DNA from: an uncultured Alphaproteobacteria bacterium
Lineage (GTDB): Bacteria > Pseudomonadota > Alphaproteobacteria > CADEGL01
DNA length: 64,000 nucleotides
Assembly (NCBI GenBank): GCA_902826885.1
Contig: CADEGL010000007.1
Span: 10,588-74,587 of the forward strand
Reading direction: 5' to 3'
The first letter of the stretch is position 1; the number at the start of each line of letters is the position of its first letter. This document shows, piece by piece, positions 18,616-27,683 of the stretch. The notes below the pieces were generated by a model that saw only the letters and a program-made list of their open reading frames with translations, was not told the DNA's origin and ran no database searches. Made by a program: the position numbers and the translations under genes.

Positions 18616-19992
18616 ATGGATTGGACCCCTACATTAAACGACCGTTCCGGGCCCGTCTATTTGGCGATCGCCGACGCGCTCGACGCCGACATCGCGAGCG
18701 GCCGCCTACGCCGCGGTCAGCAATTGCCGACGCATCGCGCCCTGGCCAAGGCGTTGGGCGTCGATCTGACCACGGTGACACGCGCCTATTCCGAGGCACG
18801 CGAGCGCGGCCTGACCGAGGCGCGCGTGGGGCAAGGCACCTTCGTGGCCGAGAGCCGCGCCACCGTCCATCATCCGGGCGCGCCGCGTATCCAGTTCGAC
18901 CTGTCGATGAACCTGCCGCCGCAGCCGCTAGAGGCCGATCTCGAAGGGCGCATCGCGCGCGGGATCGCCGCGCTGAAAAAGGAGAACGGTTTCTCCGCTT
19001 ACCTGAACTATCGCGAGATGGGCGGCAGCGACGACGAACGGTATGCGGCCGCCGCTTGGCTACGTGCACGTATCCCCGACGCGGACGCCGACCGTTTGTT
19101 GATCTGTCCCGGCACGCAGACCGCGATCTTCGCGTTGTTGATGATGCTGACCACGCCGGGCGACGTGGTTCTAACGGAAACGCTGACCTATCCTGGCCTC
19201 AAGGCTGCCGCGTCTTACATGGGCGTACGGCTGGTCGGCGTGACGATGGATGCAAACGGTATCCTGCCTGACGCATTGGAGCAGGCCTGCATCCGTCACG
19301 CGCCCAAGGCGCTCTATCTCGTACCGACGATCCACAATCCCACCACGGCGACCTTGCCGCCGGAGCGGCGCCGCGCGATTTCCGCCATCGTGCGCAAGCA
19401 TGGCCTGCATCTTCTGGAGGACGACGCATATGGCGCGCTCGACCCCGCTTCCGTGCCGCTGGCGGCGCTGATGCCGGAGCGGACCTATCACACGGCCAGC
19501 CTGTCCAAGTGCATCGCGCCGGGTCTGCGCGTCTCGCTTTTGCTAATGCCGTCGCGCGCGGAGGCGGCCACAGCCGGCAACGCCCTGCGCACGGTGGCGC
19601 AAATGCCGGTCTCGCTGATGGTGGCGTTAACCGCGCGATGGCTGCGTGATGGCAGCGCCGACGCGATCGTCGCCGCCATCCGCGACGAGGCCGCGGCGCG
19701 TCAGAAACTGGCGGCCCGCGCGATGGTCGGCCACGCGTTCGCCGCCCATCCCCGCGGTCACCATATCTGGGTGCCATTGCCGCGCGGCTGGGGTCGGGCG
19801 GAATTTGCTTCCCACGTGCAGCGCCAGGGCCTGGCCGTCGTCACCAGCGAGGCCTTCTCCGTGGAGGAAACGCCACCCCACGCGGTGCGCGTCTCGCTCG
19901 GCGCCGCCGCCAGCCGCGCCGAGTTGGCGCGCGCGCTGGAGCTGCTGGCCACTGCTCTTAAATCTTCGCCGATCGCTTCGCGGGTTGTGTAA
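18616..19992 (+). CDS. MocR-family regulator (GntR HTH plus PLP-dependent aminotransferase-like domain)
   Basis: It has an N-terminal wHTH (LPTHRALAKALGVDLTTVTRAY), a C-terminal fold-type I aminotransferase domain and a conserved SLSK lysine. Confidence 0.8.
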   Translation: MDWTPTLNDRSGPVYLAIADALDADIASGRLRRGQQLPTHRALAKALGVDLTTVTRAYSEARERGLTEARVGQGTFVAESRATVHHPGAPRIQFDLSMNLPPQPLEADLEGRIARGIAALKKENGFSAYLNYREMGGSDDERYAAAAWLRARIPDADADRLLICPGTQTAIFALLMMLTTPGDVVLTETLTYPGLKAAASYMGVRLVGVTMDANGILPDALEQACIRHAPKALYLVPTIHNPTTATLPPERRRAISAIVRKHGLHLLEDDAYGALDPASVPLAALMPERTYHTASLSKCIAPGLRVSLLLMPSRAEAATAGNALRTVAQMPVSLMVALTARWLRDGSADAIVAAIRDEAAARQKLAARAMVGHAFAAHPRGHHIWVPLPRGWGRAEFASHVQRQGLAVVTSEAFSVEETPPHAVRVSLGAAASRAELARALELLATALKSSPIASRVV

Positions 19993-20018
19993 GCGCGTTG
20001 GTACGCCGGGCGGCGCTT

Positions 20019-20537
20019 TCAAGCCTCCGACGCGCCCTTGCGTGAACCGGTTGCCGAAGCGGCCGCTTCTTTCAGGCTCTCGGCATATTGGGCGCGGAAA
20101 TAATCGCGCATCTTGCGCGGGTTGAAGTTCAGCAGCGTACCGCCGGATTCGAAGTGCGAGATGCAAACCTTGCCGACCGCATAGGTGATCGCCGCGGCCA
20201 CGCCCGGCACGGCGGCAACCGCGATCACCGGCCCCAGCACGGGAATGGCGCGAAAGCTGCTGAGCGCGACCATCTTGCCGAGGGTCACGCTTCCCAAGCT
20301 TCCGATCAGCGACAGGGCGATGCCCTTGGCCATATCCTTGCCGTAAGGCTGGCCGTAATGATCGGCCAGTTCCTTGATCAGCTTGACCTCGACCGCGGTG
20401 ATGGCCGCCAACTCGAGGAGGGGAACGGGGATCACCCCGGCGCCAGCGGACCACAACATGTTACGGCGGACGATTTCCATCGCCTCCGCAACCCTGGGCT
20501 CGACTTCAAGGTCATGAGCGAATGCCTGATCTGCCAT
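20019..20537 (-). CDS. DUF697/YcjF-like domain protein
   Basis: The region MLWSAGAGVIPVPLLELAAITAVEVKLIKELADHYG fits DUF697. A GAGGG RBS precedes ATG 20537. Confidence 0.45.
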   Translation of the reverse strand: MADQAFAHDLEVEPRVAEAMEIVRRNMLWSAGAGVIPVPLLELAAITAVEVKLIKELADHYGQPYGKDMAKGIALSLIGSLGSVTLGKMVALSSFRAIPVLGPVIAVAAVPGVAAAITYAVGKVCISHFESGGTLLNFNPRKMRDYFRAQYAESLKEAAASATGSRKGASEA

Positions 20538-20727
20538 GGCGGCCCTCAATTTTCGCGGTAAGACGTCTTAAACAGGATGATCCCAAACGATAGACATGAC
20601 AATGCTGAAGGTCCGGCCCGGAAACCACGCCTTCGGCATACACCCAGTCTGGCCGATCTTTCCATCCGGCATCGACTGGCTTGTTCGCGGTCTTGGCCCG
20701 CGGGTCCGCGCGGATGAGGCGCACCCG

Positions 20728-21363
20728 CTATTTGAGCGCCTCGACAACCTTCGGATCATTGAGAAGTTTAGCCAGCGATTCCTGGGCCAATGCCTTCACC
20801 TTCGGCGCCATATCCGACTCCGGCGTGAATGTGACGAATCGATTGGAAATGGCCTGGCGGTCCCGCACCGTATTCGTTGCCAACAGCGCGCCGGACGCGT
20901 CGTAAACATCCGCGATGAGGCCAACATCCGCGGAAGCATTGACATACATTTCCGTTTTCCAGTCCGTGATCGTGACCAGCAGCGAGCGGGGCGCTTTAAC
21001 ATCCTGCAGAAGCTTGATCGCCTGATCGCGCGAATCCGTGTACGGAATCGTCACGGTCGTCACCTTGATCTTTTTGGCTTCCAGGGCGCTCGAGATCGCG
21101 GTGGCGAAATCATCCGCCAAAGGGCGCCCTGATTGGGTGTGAATCCCATAAGGGATGCCCACGCCCGCTCGCGCGAGACCGACAAACTCGGGGCTTTTGT
21201 CACCGCTCGTCACATAGGGCCGCTGATCCTGCACGCCGAGCGCCACTTGTTTCTCGGTCGCCGCGTCCAAGTTCAAGGTTTGGTTTTGAAAATCATATTT
21301 CTGGCCGACAACGCATGCGCTGACCATCAGCGCCATCGCCGTAGAAAACAGCACTTTCAGCAT
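20728..21363 (-). CDS. Lipoprotein, hypothetical (YajG-like?); lower GC
   Basis: It has a lipobox (MVSAC) and a GGGGGA RBS. GC is ~52% against a ~67% background. Confidence 0.55.
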   Translation of the reverse strand: MLKVLFSTAMALMVSACVVGQKYDFQNQTLNLDAATEKQVALGVQDQRPYVTSGDKSPEFVGLARAGVGIPYGIHTQSGRPLADDFATAISSALEAKKIKVTTVTIPYTDSRDQAIKLLQDVKAPRSLLVTITDWKTEMYVNASADVGLIADVYDASGALLATNTVRDRQAISNRFVTFTPESDMAPKVKALAQESLAKLLNDPKVVEALK

Positions 21364-21400
21364 TGTTCATCCCCCGAGTTGATCGCTCAGCTTGCCGACA

Positions 21401-22144
21401 CTAAGTCGATTTCATCGCGACCGCATTGATAATGGTCCGTTCGTATTTTTCGGACAGCTTGAGGCCGAATGATTCCAAAATGCGCCAGTTCGGGTGGCTC
21501 CACCACATGTACGGAAGCGAGATGTGAGAATCCGAGAGCGTGAAACCCGCTGCGCGCACCAGCGCTACATATTCGTCCGCCGTTTTCTGGACCTCCATGG
21601 GATGGCGGAAAAACCCGCGGATTAACCAACTGTCGATATACGCTTTGGTCGATTCGGCAAGAAGAAGGCATCCCCCTGGCTTCAGCACCCGCAAGAATTC
21701 TCGCAGCGCTCTGTCCTGGTCCACGATGTGATGAAGACTTTGGTGGCAAAACACCATGTCTACGCTTTCATCGCACAAGCCGGTATGCGATGCGGTGGCC
21801 ACGACGATCTCGGCCGAACAGGGCGCCGCGACGGCCGCCTTCGCCGCCCACGCCGGCGCGCGCGGATCTGCATCCAGTCCGATGATCCGCTCCGCCGAGA
21901 ACCGTTTGGCCAAGTAGGCGAACGCGCCGCCATGGCCGCATCCCACGTCGAGGATGACAGGGAAGCGTTTGCCCAGCGGCAAGAGCCTGCGAAGATCGCG
22001 GATCGCGCGACGAACCACGAACTCCCGCCATATCCGCGTACCCAAGAACCAACAGCCGAAGCGGCTGTCGGGCACGAAGGGCGCCGGTGCCGGCGCCGTC
22101 GCGGTTCGGACGCTCGCTCGGTCATTCCATGCAGAAGCGGTCAT
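21401..22144 (-). CDS. Class I SAM-dependent methyltransferase
   Basis: It has motif I (ILDVGCGHGG) and a post-I acidic residue (IIGLDAD). Confidence 0.75.
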   Translation of the reverse strand: MTASAWNDRASVRTATAPAPAPFVPDSRFGCWFLGTRIWREFVVRRAIRDLRRLLPLGKRFPVILDVGCGHGGAFAYLAKRFSAERIIGLDADPRAPAWAAKAAVAAPCSAEIVVATASHTGLCDESVDMVFCHQSLHHIVDQDRALREFLRVLKPGGCLLLAESTKAYIDSWLIRGFFRHPMEVQKTADEYVALVRAAGFTLSDSHISLPYMWWSHPNWRILESFGLKLSEKYERTIINAVAMKST

Positions 22145-22158
22145 CGGAAACGAATCGA

Positions 22159-22569
22159 TCAGCTGCGTTCCAGATTGGCCTGGATCGTATCAACCAGATC
22201 GCGCGTCCATTTGTTATAGAACGGGTGAATTATGCCCGTGCCGGCATTGGGCTGATATTTCATGTTGATGCTTCCGGCATAGACGACGCTGAAGTTCTCC
22301 TTTGAATACGTGATGTTGACGATCACGGTGTGCTTGTTGCGTACAACCAAGGTTGCGGTCACCGAATTTTCGGTGGGGCCCTTGGTGATCGTCCAGCTGT
22401 TCATGGCGGCGGCCGTCACGATCGCTTGCTTGACCTGATCGATCGTGAGTGGCTTCGCGACGAGTTGATTCTCGTAATTGATGATCGGCACGGCCTCGCG
22501 CGCTTGCGCGGCCGTGGTCAGGAAAACGGACACAATCAGGATCGTCAGGCTTCGCAACGCGACTTTCAC
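22159..22569 (-). CDS. Secreted hypothetical protein; low GC (~48%)
   Basis: It has a signal peptide (ILIVSVFLTTAAQA) and an AAGGAG RBS. Its GTG start overlaps the PPTase stop (GTGA). Confidence 0.55.
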   Translation of the reverse strand: MKVALRSLTILIVSVFLTTAAQAREAVPIINYENQLVAKPLTIDQVKQAIVTAAAMNSWTITKGPTENSVTATLVVRNKHTVIVNITYSKENFSVVYAGSINMKYQPNAGTGIIHPFYNKWTRDLVDTIQANLERS

Positions 22570-23210
22570 GTTTGTTCTCCTTTGCGTTCGATCATGGCGT
22601 CTTCCGCGCCGTCTGCATCTGTCACGGTGATGTGCAGATTGCGTACAGCCTCGGCAATTTGCGTAGTTTCCAGGCCTAGGATGGCGACCGATAAAAAAAC
22701 TCCGGGGTGGGGGACATGGTGATGAAGAAGCAGCGTCTCGCCGCCGAAGACCGTCGGCCAGGTACCTTCGCGCGGCCCGAGATGCGCCCGATCCGTGCCA
22801 TCGGCCACATGATCCAAGCCTCTTCCGTGGGCCTTGGCCAGCGCCTCGCGCAACGTCCAGATGCGGTAGAACTCATGTTCCGTCGTAGACCGCGCGATTT
22901 CCCGCGGCCCAAATGCCGCGTGGGCAATGCCGCGCCAATCGCGTCCCGGCCGCGCCACCTCCACATCCACGCCGATCGTCCCTGCCGTGCTCATCGCGCA
23001 GGCGAACCAATCACGGCTGTGCGAGAGGGAAATGGACGGTCCCGGCTCATCACCCTGAAACGCCATCGGTTGTCCAGACGGTAAATGCGCAATTCCCCAC
23101 GCGCCACGCGCCGTACCGGCAAGTTCGGCAAGTATTTTGCTTGCCATAGTCTTGGTTCGGCCGGTCGACCAAAAATGACCAGCCAGGGGTGGAAACCCTC
23201 CCTCTCTCAT
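22566..23210 (-). CDS. 4'-phosphopantetheinyl transferase (Sfp/EntD-type)
   Basis: It has PPTase motifs (ISLSHSRDWFACAMS, GVDVE, WTLREALAKAHG). The start is uncertain between 23210 and 23147. Confidence 0.7.
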   Translation of the reverse strand: MREGGFPPLAGHFWSTGRTKTMASKILAELAGTARGAWGIAHLPSGQPMAFQGDEPGPSISLSHSRDWFACAMSTAGTIGVDVEVARPGRDWRGIAHAAFGPREIARSTTEHEFYRIWTLREALAKAHGRGLDHVADGTDRAHLGPREGTWPTVFGGETLLLHHHVPHPGVFLSVAILGLETTQIAEAVRNLHITVTDADGAEDAMIERKGEQT

Positions 23211-23439
23211 AGTAAGTAGATTTACCTTGTACACTGAATGCGCAATGACAGTGGAAATCACAGGGGTTGGCCCGCGATATCTTTTGCAGGTTGAATCTAC
23301 TAGAACTGTTTCGCGTACGGGAAGACAGATATTACTACCGAATAGCATTGTCGATTCGGGGGAACGACAATCCTAATGCTTTGTCATTCGAAGATATTTC
23401 TTTCAAAGACTTTCCATTTTTCTCGATTTGGGGCGCGTT
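23211..23439. promoter_or_regulatory. AT-rich divergent promoter region between the PPTase operon (-) and the APE-like operon (+)
   Basis: This 229-bp region is ~45% GC. It contains the inverted repeat CCGAAT-N10-ATTCGG (23338-23359) and a related TTGTC(G/A)ATTCG half-site downstream. Confidence 0.35.
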
Positions 23440-24165
23440 ATGACACGCCTTAATCCCATTGCGGTGGCCCAGTGGGATGCGTGGTCACCCGGCCGCGAGA
23501 GCCGCGCAGCGTGGTCTGCTTGGGCCGGCGCTCCGGCATCAGGCCAGGATGGCCCGCCACCTTCGGCGCCAGCCGCATTGCGCCGCCGCGTCACACCCCT
23601 CGGGCAAAAGACGCTGGCCAGCGCCTTAGCCTGCGGAACCGCGGCGAATGGACATTATGTGTTCGCATCGCGGCACGGAGAGTACGACCGCACCGTTTCA
23701 ATCTTCGAAGCGCTGGCGTCCGGCGAGCAGCCTTCACCCGCCGAATTCAGCATGTCGGTCCATCATTCGCTGGCTGGATTGCTATCGGTCCATGCCGGCA
23801 ACCGTGGCGTCCACACCGCCGTCGCGGCGGGCGCCGACAGCTTCGGCTTTGGTTTTCTCGAGGCCGTTTCGCTTGTATCCGAGCGCCCGGCGGACCCCGT
23901 GCTCTTCGTCTATTACGACGAACCTTTGCCCTCGCCGTACGAGCGGTTTCGGGAAGGCGGCGAAACGTTGCCGTTGGTGCTGGCCTTGGAGCTTCGCAAA
24001 CCGTCGGAAGACGACCGCGCAATCACCTTCACGGCCACGCCGGCCGAGAACAAAACGCCATCACCGAGCGCGGCCGAAGATTTCCTTCATTTCTATCTCT
24101 CCGGGGCACCGCAAGCGGCCTCGGATGGCCAGCGCATGCACTGGCGGTGGCGGCGCGATGCATAA
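23440..24165 (+). CDS. Ketosynthase-like chain-length-factor protein (ApeC-like)
   Basis: It matches the KS N-terminal-domain-like small proteins found at the head of aryl-polyene clusters. A GGGG RBS is present. Confidence 0.6.
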   Translation: MTRLNPIAVAQWDAWSPGRESRAAWSAWAGAPASGQDGPPPSAPAALRRRVTPLGQKTLASALACGTAANGHYVFASRHGEYDRTVSIFEALASGEQPSPAEFSMSVHHSLAGLLSVHAGNRGVHTAVAAGADSFGFGFLEAVSLVSERPADPVLFVYYDEPLPSPYERFREGGETLPLVLALELRKPSEDDRAITFTATPAENKTPSPSAAEDFLHFYLSGAPQAASDGQRMHWRWRRDA

Positions 24166-24931
24166 GCTCCTCGATCGCGCTTGGCGCCTGATCGGCACCG
24201 GCTTCGCCTTCGCATTCATCTTCGCGGGCGGCGCGCTGGCCGCGATGACTTTGTTCCCGATGATCGCGTGCCTGACCCGGCCGGGCGAGGTACGTCATCG
24301 CGCCACGCGCGAGGCGATCCGCCGCATCTTCCAATTCTATATCGGCATGCTGCAGGTATTGGGACTGATCCGGCTCAAGGTCGACGGCACGCAAGCCTTG
24401 GCCGAAACCACGGGCCGCTTGGTCGTGGCCAATCATCCGACCATCTTGGATGTGGTTCTGTTGATCGCATTGCTGCCGCGCGTGCAGTGCATCGTGAAAG
24501 GCGAGTTGTGGCGCAGCCGCTATCTGGGTGGCACCATGCGCGCGGCCGGCTATATCCGCAACGATCTTGGCGCGAGCGAATTGCTGGCGGCTTGCAAAAA
24601 GGCCATCGACGAAGGCAACAACGTTCTGATCTTTCCCGAGGGCACGCGCACCAAGCCGAACACGCCGCTTCACATGCAGCGCGGTTTCGCCAATATCGCC
24701 CTTCTGTCCGGCGCGCGCATTCAACTGGTCACCATCACCTGCCAGCCCATCACGTTGACGAAGGGCGAGCCGTGGTGGCGGATTCCAGCGCGACGTCCGG
24801 ATTTCTCGGTCTCGGCCGGCGAATGCCTGGAGACCGCGGACCTATTGAACAACGAAGTCCGCTCCCTGGCCGCGCGCCATCTCGTGAAGCGGCTCGAAAC
24901 CTATTATGCGGAGCGCCTATCGCATGCCTGA
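24158..24931 (+). CDS. Lysophospholipid acyltransferase (PlsC/LPLAT family; ApeD-like)
   Basis: It has an HxxxxD-like motif (NHPTILD) and an FPEGTRT motif. It overlaps the upstream gene by 8 nt. Confidence 0.75.
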   Translation: MHKLLDRAWRLIGTGFAFAFIFAGGALAAMTLFPMIACLTRPGEVRHRATREAIRRIFQFYIGMLQVLGLIRLKVDGTQALAETTGRLVVANHPTILDVVLLIALLPRVQCIVKGELWRSRYLGGTMRAAGYIRNDLGASELLAACKKAIDEGNNVLIFPEGTRTKPNTPLHMQRGFANIALLSGARIQLVTITCQPITLTKGEPWWRIPARRPDFSVSAGECLETADLLNNEVRSLAARHLVKRLETYYAERLSHA

Positions 24932-25184
24932 TCTCGAACAGGAATTGAAGGCGCTGATCGTCAAGACGCTCCGCCTCGAGGAAGTCCGGCCCGAGGAGAT
25001 CGACAGCGGAGAAGCCTTGTTCGCAGGCGGTCTCAACCTCGATTCCATCGACGCCCTGGAATTGGGCGTGGCGGTCCGCAAGACTTACGGCGTCAAGATC
25101 GAGAATGTGACGGAAGAAGTACGCGCCCATTTTGCCTCGGTGCGCGCTCTCGCCGCCTTCATCCGTTCACAGCGCGGAGCATAG
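24924..25184 (+). CDS. Acyl carrier protein 1 (ApeE-like)
   Basis: It has an LDSIDALEL phosphopantetheine-attachment motif. It overlaps the upstream gene by 8 nt. Confidence 0.8.
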   Translation: MPDLEQELKALIVKTLRLEEVRPEEIDSGEALFAGGLNLDSIDALELGVAVRKTYGVKIENVTEEVRAHFASVRALAAFIRSQRGA

Positions 25185-25187
25185 GGA

Positions 25188-25436
25188 ATGCTGTCGCGCG
25201 ATGAGATCTACGAAAAGGTGTCGGCCTATCTGGTGGAAATGTTCGAGGTTCCACCCGAGAAGATCACGCCCGAGGCGCGGCTTTTCGCGGACCTGGATCT
25301 CGACAGCATCGACGCCATCGATCTGATCGTCCAACTGCAGAACCTCACGGGCCGCAAGATCAAGGCCGAGGAATTCAAGACCGTCCGGACCATCCAGGAC
25401 GTGGTCGACCGCGTCCATGGCCTCCTGGCCCCATAA
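25188..25436 (+). CDS. Acyl carrier protein 2 (ApeF-like)
   Basis: It has an LDLDSIDAIDL motif. It lies 3 nt after ACP1. Confidence 0.8.
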   Translation: MLSRDEIYEKVSAYLVEMFEVPPEKITPEARLFADLDLDSIDAIDLIVQLQNLTGRKIKAEEFKTVRTIQDVVDRVHGLLAP

Positions 25437-25455
25437 GGCGGGCAAATTTTGGCCC

Positions 25456-25998
25456 ATGGCTCTGGTCGCGCTTGGCGCGGCCTATCCGGTGGCCGTGTTC
25501 CTGGGGCAAGGTCGCGTCGGTCTGTGGGTGCCGATCCTCCTGGCCGCGCTTCTCCTCCTCGCCCGCCTATGTGCAGTGCCATCCGATGCGGCGCGGGCTT
25601 GGCGGGGTTTAACCGCGGCGGCCTTTATCCTGCTGCTCGCGCTAGCGCTGTATAATTCCGGCCTGGCCGCAAAGGCCTATCCGGTTCTCGTCAGCGCCAT
25701 GCTGGCCGCCGTGTTCGGCCTCTCCTTATTGCGGCCACCCAGCGTGATCGAGCGGCTGGCGATGCTCTCCGAACCCGATTTGCCGCCGGCGGGCCGGCGC
25801 TATTGCCGCCGCGTGACGGTCATGTGGCTGGGCTGGCTCGTCTTCAACGCGCTTCTGTCCGCGGCCTTGGCGTTGTGGGGTTCCGTCGAGGCGTGGACCC
25901 TATGGTGCAGCGTCCTGTCGTATCTGGCGATGGGCGCCTTGTTCCTGGGCGAATACGCCGTGCGCCGCCACCAGCGCCGCCGCTGGGCCGTCTCGTGA
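25456..25998 (+). CDS. Integral membrane protein (ApeG/COG4648-like)
   Basis: It has 4-5 transmembrane helices. The alternative start ATG 25417 would overlap ACP2 by 20 nt. Confidence 0.5.
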   Translation: MALVALGAAYPVAVFLGQGRVGLWVPILLAALLLLARLCAVPSDAARAWRGLTAAAFILLLALALYNSGLAAKAYPVLVSAMLAAVFGLSLLRPPSVIERLAMLSEPDLPPAGRRYCRRVTVMWLGWLVFNALLSAALALWGSVEAWTLWCSVLSYLAMGALFLGEYAVRRHQRRRWAVS

Positions 25999-27683
25999 CG
26001 CTCGCGCCACTCTCGGATCTTTTCGCCGCCGGCCGGCCGGGCGGCCTGCCGATCGCGCGCAGCGGTGGCCGCCTGATCGTCTTGTCCGACTTCCGAGCGG
26101 ATGTGGCCGCGAACGCCGCCCGCTTGCGTGCGACCGGCTGCAACCGCGGCCAGGTTATGGCCGAAGACAGCTATTGGGCCGCGGTCGGCATCTTCGCTCT
26201 GCTTCATGCCGGCGCGTCGGTGGTCATGCCGCAGCATGCCGGCCAGCCGAATGACGCCGATACGCTGCGCCTGGTCGACCGCCCGGCCGGCGCGGATGAC
26301 TTTGTCCTGCGCCCGGCCGAGACATCCGGCCCGTGCCAGTTGCCATCGCTCGACGCCACATCGTGCCGCTTCGCGTTGCATACCGCCGGCTCGACCGGCG
26401 CCGCCAAGCCCGTGATCAAGACCCTGCTTCAACTCGAGCGCGAAACGGCGATCCTCGATCCCCTGTTGGCGCGCTTCGCACGCGCGGGCGCGTGGGTGCA
26501 TGGTTCGGTGCCGCACTACCACCTCTATGGCCTGACCTTCAGATTGGCTTGGCCGCTGGCCTCCGGCCGGCCCTTCATGGGCGAGCAAAACCTGTTCTGG
26601 GAACAGGTTTTGAGCAGCGGGATCGGGAACGGCGTGCTCGTCACAAGCCCCGCGCATCTGACTCGGTTGGGCGGGCTGGCGCCGCTGGCGGCACCACCCG
26701 ATTTGATTTTGTCCGCCGGCGCGCCCTTGCCGGCATCGGCCGTCGAGGACGCCGCCACGATCTTGGGCAAGGCACCGGTCGAGATTTTCGGCAGCACCGA
26801 GACAGGCGTGATGGCCTGGCGCGAACGCGCGCGGCCGGGCAGCGGCTGGCGGCCGTTTCCCGAGATCCACGTGGAACGCCGTCCGGACGGACGCATCGCG
26901 ATCCGCTCACCGCTTCTGCCGGACGGCGGACCCTATTTCGGCGAGGACCTGATCGAGTTCGCGAACGACGGCACTTTCACGCTACACGGCCGCGCCGATA
27001 CCGTGGTGAAGATCGAAGGCAAGCGCACCAACCTGACGGAGCTTGAAGCCCTGCTCGGGGCGCTCGAGGAAGTTCAGGACGCGGCCGTCATTCCACTCGG
27101 CGACGAACCGATGCGCCTTGGTGCCGCCGTGGTGCCGAGCCAAGCCGGGCGCCGTCTTTTGTCGTCCGTCGGTGCCTTTCGTTTGGGCCGCCACTTGCGC
27201 AACGCCCTGGCCGCGCGGCTCGATCCCGCGCTGCTGCCGCGCCAATGGCGCTTTGTGCCCGCCTTGGGTGATTCACCCTTGGGCAAGCGCCGCCGCGCCG
27301 ATCTGGCCGGGCTGTTCGCGCCCGCCGACAGCCTGAAAAGCGGCCCGATACAGCCGGCCGTGCGCGCCACCAAGGTAGGCGCCGAAAAGGCCGAGCTCTT
27401 GCTGCACGTGCCTCGGGACTTGGCCTATTTCGACGGGCATTTCCCGGGCTTTCCGCTGGTGCCCGGCGTGACCTTGCTGGATTGGGCGGTGAGCCTGGGC
27501 AGCCAGGCCTTGGCGCTCGAACTGGATGCCGCGCAGCATTTTCAAGTCAAATTCCTGCACCCCGTTTACCCCGGCGATGATCTCGCGCTCTCGATAGCGC
27601 GCTCGAAAGACCGGCTGTCGTTCGAGTATCGCGTGGGCGAACGGGTCGTCAGCGTCGGCAAAATCGCGCTCGGTGCGCCATGA
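25995..27683 (+). CDS. AMP-dependent synthetase/ligase fused to a C-terminal FabA/FabZ-type hotdog dehydratase (ApeH plus ApeI-like fusion)
   Basis: It has an adenylation core (LHTAGSTGAAKP, FGSTETG). The C-terminal region has HFPGFPLVPGV, a FabZ-like motif. Its GTG start overlaps the upstream stop (GTGA). Confidence 0.7.
   Translation: MTLAPLSDLFAAGRPGGLPIARSGGRLIVLSDFRADVAANAARLRATGCNRGQVMAEDSYWAAVGIFALLHAGASVVMPQHAGQPNDADTLRLVDRPAGADDFVLRPAETSGPCQLPSLDATSCRFALHTAGSTGAAKPVIKTLLQLERETAILDPLLARFARAGAWVHGSVPHYHLYGLTFRLAWPLASGRPFMGEQNLFWEQVLSSGIGNGVLVTSPAHLTRLGGLAPLAAPPDLILSAGAPLPASAVEDAATILGKAPVEIFGSTETGVMAWRERARPGSGWRPFPEIHVERRPDGRIAIRSPLLPDGGPYFGEDLIEFANDGTFTLHGRADTVVKIEGKRTNLTELEALLGALEEVQDAAVIPLGDEPMRLGAAVVPSQAGRRLLSSVGAFRLGRHLRNALAARLDPALLPRQWRFVPALGDSPLGKRRRADLAGLFAPADSLKSGPIQPAVRATKVGAEKAELLLHVPRDLAYFDGHFPGFPLVPGVTLLDWAVSLGSQALALELDAAQHFQVKFLHPVYPGDDLALSIARSKDRLSFEYRVGERVVSVGKIALGAP

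Noticed and set aside
20560-23440. Possible genomic island with mobility genes in the lower-GC stretch
   Set aside because: No integrase, transposase, direct repeats or tRNA lie at its borders. I treat it as an accessory operon rather than a mobile element.
25803-25994. N-terminal extension of the AMP-ligase ORF overlapping the membrane-protein gene
   Set aside because: The GTG at 25995 gives the GTGA coupling seen at every other junction of the operon. The upstream 64 codons are Arg/Gly-rich.
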